Source: Octopus sinensis
Lineage: Eukaryota
Length of the DNA stretch: 64,000 nucleotides
Assembly: GCF_006345805.1 (NCBI RefSeq)
Contig: NC_043005.1
Location: 74,524,001-74,588,000, forward strand
Reading direction: 5' to 3'
Positions 58,359 to 64,000 of the stretch are shown one piece after another. Below the pieces are notes generated by a model. It made no database searches and was not told the origin of the DNA. It saw only the letters and a program-made list of their open reading frames with translations. How positions within the stretch are numbered: the stretch's first letter is position 1; the number at the start of each line of letters is the position of its first letter. The translations under genes were made by a program, and so were the position numbers.

Positions 58359-60427
58359 CTGAAAAAAAAAAGACAAAAAAGAGATGATATCAGTGTGTTT
58401 AAGTCCCCCGTAACTTAGTAGTTGGGCAAAAGAGACTGATAGAATAAGTACCAGGCTTACAAAGAATAAGTCCTGGGGTTGATTTCTTTGACTAAAAAAA
58501 GAAAAAAATGTGGTGCTCCAGCATGGCCAGAGTCAAATGACTGAATATGAAGCAAAAGAATAAAAGAAGAATAAAAAAGCACAAAATATACCTTTCTCAT
58601 GCAATGAATCGATTTATCAATCAATCAGTTGACTGATTGATCACTTGATGTGTTGTTTTAATAAACAAGACATTTGTTGTTGTTGTTGCTGTTGCTTTTA
58701 GCCCCAAGTTAGTCCTGATCTAGCACAGCTTTGATCAAAAGCTTTCTATTAATGGGTAGTGTGTCTCTTTTTTTATTTGTGTGTGTGTGTGTGTGTGTAC
58801 ATTGTTACCGAAAGGAGATTACACAATGTCCTTATTGTCGTTTTATAAGAGTGATTTGAGGACAACTTCACTGCTATTTCCAGCAAGTTGATCAACAGTT
58901 AAAAGTTCCTTCACTGCTGCTAAGATCTCTCATTGTGTTGCAGCTCCTTCCATAGCGATAGAGGCTTAGACTGAGGTCTGTCATGAGCCTGTCATGAGCC
59001 CTAGAACTCATAAGGCCAGTTTTAACCCAGTTTCTATGGTCTATAAATGATTAAGATTATAACACCCACCTCCACGTTCCATCCCCTGAACAGGACACCA
59101 TTTTGTCACAGGATTAACTTCCTAGCAATTGCTGGAACTCATTTACAGCAGACTGAACTGAAGTAACATGAAATCAAGTATTTTACTTGAGAACATAACA
59201 CATCACCCATTCTCGGAATTGAAACCACAACCTTGCAATTGTGAGTGTGACACTCTAACCACTAGGCCACGGAATATAGAAGAGCAATGGACAAAATATT
59301 CAAAAGTATTCAATTTCATCTCAATACATTCTCAGTTATAGAATAAGTGCAAGATTTCCTTGTCTATCATAGGAAGCAACAAAAATGGTCAGAGAAAGAA
59401 AGGGCATCCTGCCATAAAACATTATCGCAGAAAAGTTGGAAAAAATGCTTTACAGTATTTTCTTTATTATTTTTTTTTTTTGTAGCTTTTTATAATCTGA
59501 GTTTGCTTGTGACAATACCAGTGCCAGGTTGTACTGGCCCTTGCCTTTTTTTTTTGGACAACATCAGAAACAGACATAAGAGATATGGTAAATGGGCAAC
59601 TGTTGGTCATCCATAAAAACAACAAAACATTACCCAGGCTTGCTACTTGGAGAAAAACCCTTCAGGCACAGATATATGGTTAACGATGACTGATGAAGAC
59701 TTTAGATATTTAGTTCATCCCTCTATGTTCTGTGTTCAAATTCTGTTAATGTTGAGTTTACATTTCATATTCTTAGGATCAATGCTATAATTACCACCTC
59801 TCCCCCACACCTCTATTACTCTTTATCACTCATTCTATCCCCATCTCACATTACCTCACTCTTCACTCTACAATCAAATGGACTTTTAAAACATGTGGTC
59901 ATGTATACATTTGTATGTTTGAAAATGCTGGGTGTTAGGAAGGGCATCCAGCCATAGAAACCATACCAGAGCAGACAGTGGAGCCTGGTGCAGCCCCTAG
60001 CCTTACTAGCTCCAGTCAAACCATCCTACCCATGCCAGCATGGAAAATGGACGTTAAATGGTGATGTTGATGATGATGGTGATGATGATAATGATGATGA
60101 TGATGGTAAATGTTGGGTATGAGGGTGGAAATTAACTCCTTATATATTTTGAGAGAAACACCAATGAATGGAAAAGCCAATCTTTATACCTAGGGTGTAC
60201 CTGACCATAGAGCCTTGGTCATATTGCCTTGAACTAACAGAGACACCATAGAGCAGTGATGACTATTAAGCTTGGCAGTCACAAAGTAACCTCAATGGTG
60301 CTGGTGCCACGATACACTGCACTTAGAATACATTCACTCTGTACAGTGGCAGCTGGTGCTAGGATAGGCATCCAGCTGTGTAAATGATGCCTATATGGAA
60401 AGAAGATTTTAAAATGATGATGATGAC

Positions 60428-60462
<35 letters not shown>

Positions 60463-60851
60463 AACACATAGGTGCATATTCATGTGCATATGTGAGTGAG
60501 TATGCTTGTGTATATATGTATTTATGTATGTACAAATATCTAAATATTTTTTGGGATTTTACTTAAAGAACAGTACAGACCTTTGTTCCAACCCAATATG
60601 TGTGTGTATGTGTATTAACAGCAGTATTTTTATACTTTTCTACAAACATTTTTCTCTCACATTTTTGTCCATTAGATTTTAGACTTCCTACTAATTTGAA
60701 TCTATACAATTCAATCAAAGCTCCTTATGTAAGTATTCTCATTACATCTGAAAATAACATCTTATATGTAATATAAATTCTGTTTTTGTCTCAAATGAAC
60801 ATTTCTGGAAATCAAATTAATTGTAAGAGAAAATTATAATAGATATTTGTA

Positions 60852-61422
60852 AGGCGTAGGAGTGGCTGTGTAGTAAGTAGGCAAAGGAGTGGCTATGTGG
60901 TAAGTAGCTTGCTTACCAACCACATGGTTCCAGGTTCAGTCCCACTGCATGGCACTTTGGGAAAGTGTCTTCTACTATATATTTCTTTATTGCCCACAGG
61001 GGGCTAAACATAGAGGGGACAAACAAGGACAGACAAGGGGATTAAGTCGATTATATCAACCCCAGTGATTGACTGGTACTTATTTAATCAACCCCGAAAG
61101 GATGAAAGGCAAAATCAATCTTCTACTATAGCCTCAGGCCAACCAAAACCTTGTGAGTGGATTTAGTAGACGGAAACTGAAAGAAGCCCGTCGTGTGTAT
61201 GTATATATATATGTATGTGTATGTATATGTTTGGCCCTCAACATCACTTTACAACTGATGCTGGTGTGTTTATGTCCCCGTAACTTAGTGGTTCAGTAAA
61301 AGAGACCGATAGAATAAGTACTAGGCTTACAAAGAATAAGTCCTGGGGCCGATTTGCTCGACTAAAGGTGGTGCTCCAGCATGGCCACAGTCAAATGACT
61401 GAAACAAGTAAAAGAGTAAAGA
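60852..61422 (+). mobile_element. SINE family A with a duplicated head, interrupted by a family C copy at 60980-61118
   Basis: The inserted copy is flanked by TSD tcttctactata (60968-60979 and 61119-61130). Confidence 0.88.
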
Positions 61423-61815
61423 ATAATAATTAATGTTAGTACTGAGTTTAATATCTGAAGATTTTGAATATTGCCTGTGTTTCCTTGGAACTGTGACTGT
61501 AATAATTCTATTTGTATTCCAGAGTTTCAATACCCTTGATCTTGCATTAGAAATACAGATTCCACATTTAATTGCAAATTAGGGTTATTAATATGCCTAG
61601 GACAATCACTTGGAGAGATGAGAGAAAGAATGGTCAATTATTGAACAGAATCTCAAACAGCACATAATCAATATTGATCTTACCAGTCTTGGGAACATGC
61701 AAACATAGGGACTAACCTACCCTAGTCTGCCAAAAGAAAAAAAAATGTGGAGCAAAACCATGAAGGATATGGCTGATAGTCCATTAATATTTCAACTGGT
61801 CCCTTTTTAAGTTTA

Positions 61816-62220
61816 CTAGTAGTATAGCCCGGCGTTGCTCAGGTTTGTTTTTTATTTGCGCTTCAAAAGACCCTTTAGAATTGGAATTTTTGAAAAGTAA
61901 AAATTTTCCATTATGTAGCTTGTTATTCTCTTTAAGTGAACATTTTTCTGGTTGAAATACACCAAAAAATGGCAACACAGCAGTCAAAAAATCGTAAAAA
62001 GTAGGGATTTTCATAGAAAAAAAGCACCTTTTTGATGTTAATAATTTTTGGTGTTAACATGGTCTGATTTGAATTTTTTCTTCTATGGAATAAAGAGCAA
62101 GCCTTCTTCTATCATACTCTCAGTTTTGGTCAACTTGTGCCACAGGGTCTCAGAGGAGATAGTGTTAGTTGAAGGCTACCAAACCTGCCATACACAAACA
62201 ACTTCAGCTTTATATATAGA
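61816..62220 (-). mobile_element. Non-autonomous Helitron of the same subfamily as 42251-42642
   Basis: Reverse-complement match to 42251-42642, with TC start, hairpin and CTAG end. Confidence 0.8.
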
Positions 62221-62440
62221 GATTTGTGGAGACAATAGTAGAATAACTTGGGGTATGAGCACAATCCATTGTGATACAGGTAGAAGGCCTGAAATTTGAA
62301 GGGTGGGAGCTAGTCAATTATATCAACTCCAGTACTCAATGGGCACTTATTTCATGAACACTGAAAGGATTGGTGAAAAGCAAAGTCAGCTTCTGCAGAA
62401 TGTCAACACATAACGTGAAGAATCCTACTGAGTATTTAGT

Positions 62441-62743
62441 GGAGGCACATGGCCTAGTGGTTAGAGCAGCGGACTCGCAGTTGAGGGATCGTGGGTTCGA
62501 ATCTCAGACTGGGCAATGTGTGTGTTTATGAGCAAAACACCTAATCTCCACGCGGCTCCAGCAGAAGGTAGTGGCGAACTTCTGCTGACTCTTTCGCCAC
62601 GACTTTCTCTCACTCTTTCCTCCTGCATCTTGCAGCTCACCTGCGACGGACTGGCGTCCCATCCAGGTGGGGGAACCTATACGCCAAGGAAACCAGGAAA
62701 CCGGCCCTTATGAGCCAGGTGTGATTCAAGAAGGAACAAACAA
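62441..62743 (+). mobile_element. tRNA-derived SINE family E with 13-bp TSD
   Basis: Head ggaggcacatggcctagtggttagagcagcggactcgc...ggttcgaatc; TSD ctgagtatttagt. Confidence 0.88.
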
Positions 62744-63226
62744 CTGAGTATTTAGTCCACTGTGCACACAATTGTTCAAGCTCACAATGAAGACAGTGAC
62801 ATTTAACCCCCTCTCTTACTCTTTACACTTTTACTTGTTTCAGTCATTTGACTATGGCCATGCTGGAACACCGCGATACTTTTGTACCCAACACTGCCCT
62901 TGGTTCTATGATACAAAGCTTACTTTCTTTAAAATGATCTAAATTAAAACCTTCCATCAAAATTTCACCATTTTTCTTATACTCATTTCAGTCACTGGAC
63001 TGTGGCCATGCTGGGGCACTACTTTGATAGGGTTAGTCAATCAAACTGCCCCCAGCAATTATTTTTAAGTCTTCTACTTATTCCATCAGTCTCATTTGCT
63101 GAACAGCTAAGTTACAGAGCCATAAACAAACTAACACTGGTTGTAAAACAAGTCAACCAAAGCCTTTGAGTGAATTTAATAAGTGGATGTTGAAACGTTG
63201 GCTGATGTATATTTGTGTGTGCTTAT

Positions 63227-63261
<35 letters not shown>

Positions 63262-63287
63262 TCCTTATTTGATATTATGCCTTACTC

Positions 63288-63580
63288 CAGTGGTTCCCAA
63301 AGTGGGCAGTATTGCTCCCCCTGGGAGCAGCAGAAAGTTCCAAGGGGACATTGAAGAAAAGTGGGGCAATAGTGGGATAGTGATTGATGTAAAAAGTGGG
63401 GCAATAATGGGATAGTGATTCATGTAAAGACAACAAAATAGTGGGTTCATTAGGTTAAATTTTATTTGTGAAATGCAGTTGCTTTGAATTTGCTTCAGAA
63501 AGAGGTCTATGTTTGCGATGGTTCAGAATGTGGCCTGGATGTCAAGGGAGCAGCAGCCCGAAAAAGTTTGGGAGCCACTG
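63288..63580. mobile_element. hAT-type MITE
   Basis: TIRs CAGTGGTTCCCAAA / TTTGGGAGCCACTG with a perfect 8-bp TSD ccttactc. Confidence 0.9.
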
Positions 63581-64000
63581 CCTTACTCATAACCAAGCAT
63601 CACCATCATGCAAACAGTTTTGTTTGTAATCTTCAATGAAAATGTTTGACGAGTGGGATATATTATCTAGTTTAGATATAGGTGAAGGTTGGTGAAGGGA
63701 AGAGCATCCAGCCATAGTAAAATCAGCCTTTAAAAATCCTGTTTACCTTCTCCAAGCATGCAAAACTAGTGAAATAATGATGAGATGATGATGATGATAT
63801 GTGTGTGCGTGTGCATGAATGCATGAATATGTATATTTATATACACACACACGCATGCACGCACACACACATATATACATATACATACACACATATATAT
63901 TTGTGTGTGTGTCTTATCAAGTGTCATACATAAACTCTTGGACCTCGAGTCACTTTGTAACTTGTGCTGATTAAAGTAAAACATTTCTACCCATGTTTGA

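Noticed and set aside
58359-64000. Upstream exons or promoter of the mucin-like gene
   Set aside because: I found no cysteine-rich exon ending in phase 2 and no credible start; the region is mostly repeats, so the previous exon probably lies beyond the window

Overview
AT-rich, microsatellite- and SINE-dense animal genomic DNA; the repeat families look octopod cephalopod (inference). Two spliced genes lie on the minus strand, separated by a 100-N gap at 30844-30943. (1) 33582-58358: 12 exons (2255 nt, one continuous frame) encoding the VWD-C8-TIL-E-TIL-E-VWD-C8 (D2-D'-D3-like) part of a gel-forming mucin / von Willebrand factor / hemocytin-family protein. Its 5' exons and its 3' exons are not in the window. 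(2) 3507-30803: 11 short exons (1172 nt, one continuous frame) that I recognise as the kinetochore protein CENP-I (Mis6/Ctf3 family); its N- and C-termini are missing, and most of its exons are absent from the ORF track. A near-identical tandem duplication of about 6.27 kb (11695-17962 / 17963-24242) copies two CENP-I exons. It has a chimeric repeat at the junction and a frameshifted copy of one exon, and is either a real intragenic duplication or an assembly artefact. Introns hold at least four SINE families, LINE fragments, non-autonomous Helitrons, hAT MITEs with 8-bp TSDs, mariner relics and foldback palindromes. All coordinates and translations were derived by hand, and protein identifications rest on recalled family motifs, not database searches. 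I found no evidence of a wholly new biological system; the most notable signals are the CENP-I exon duplication and its splicing consequences.
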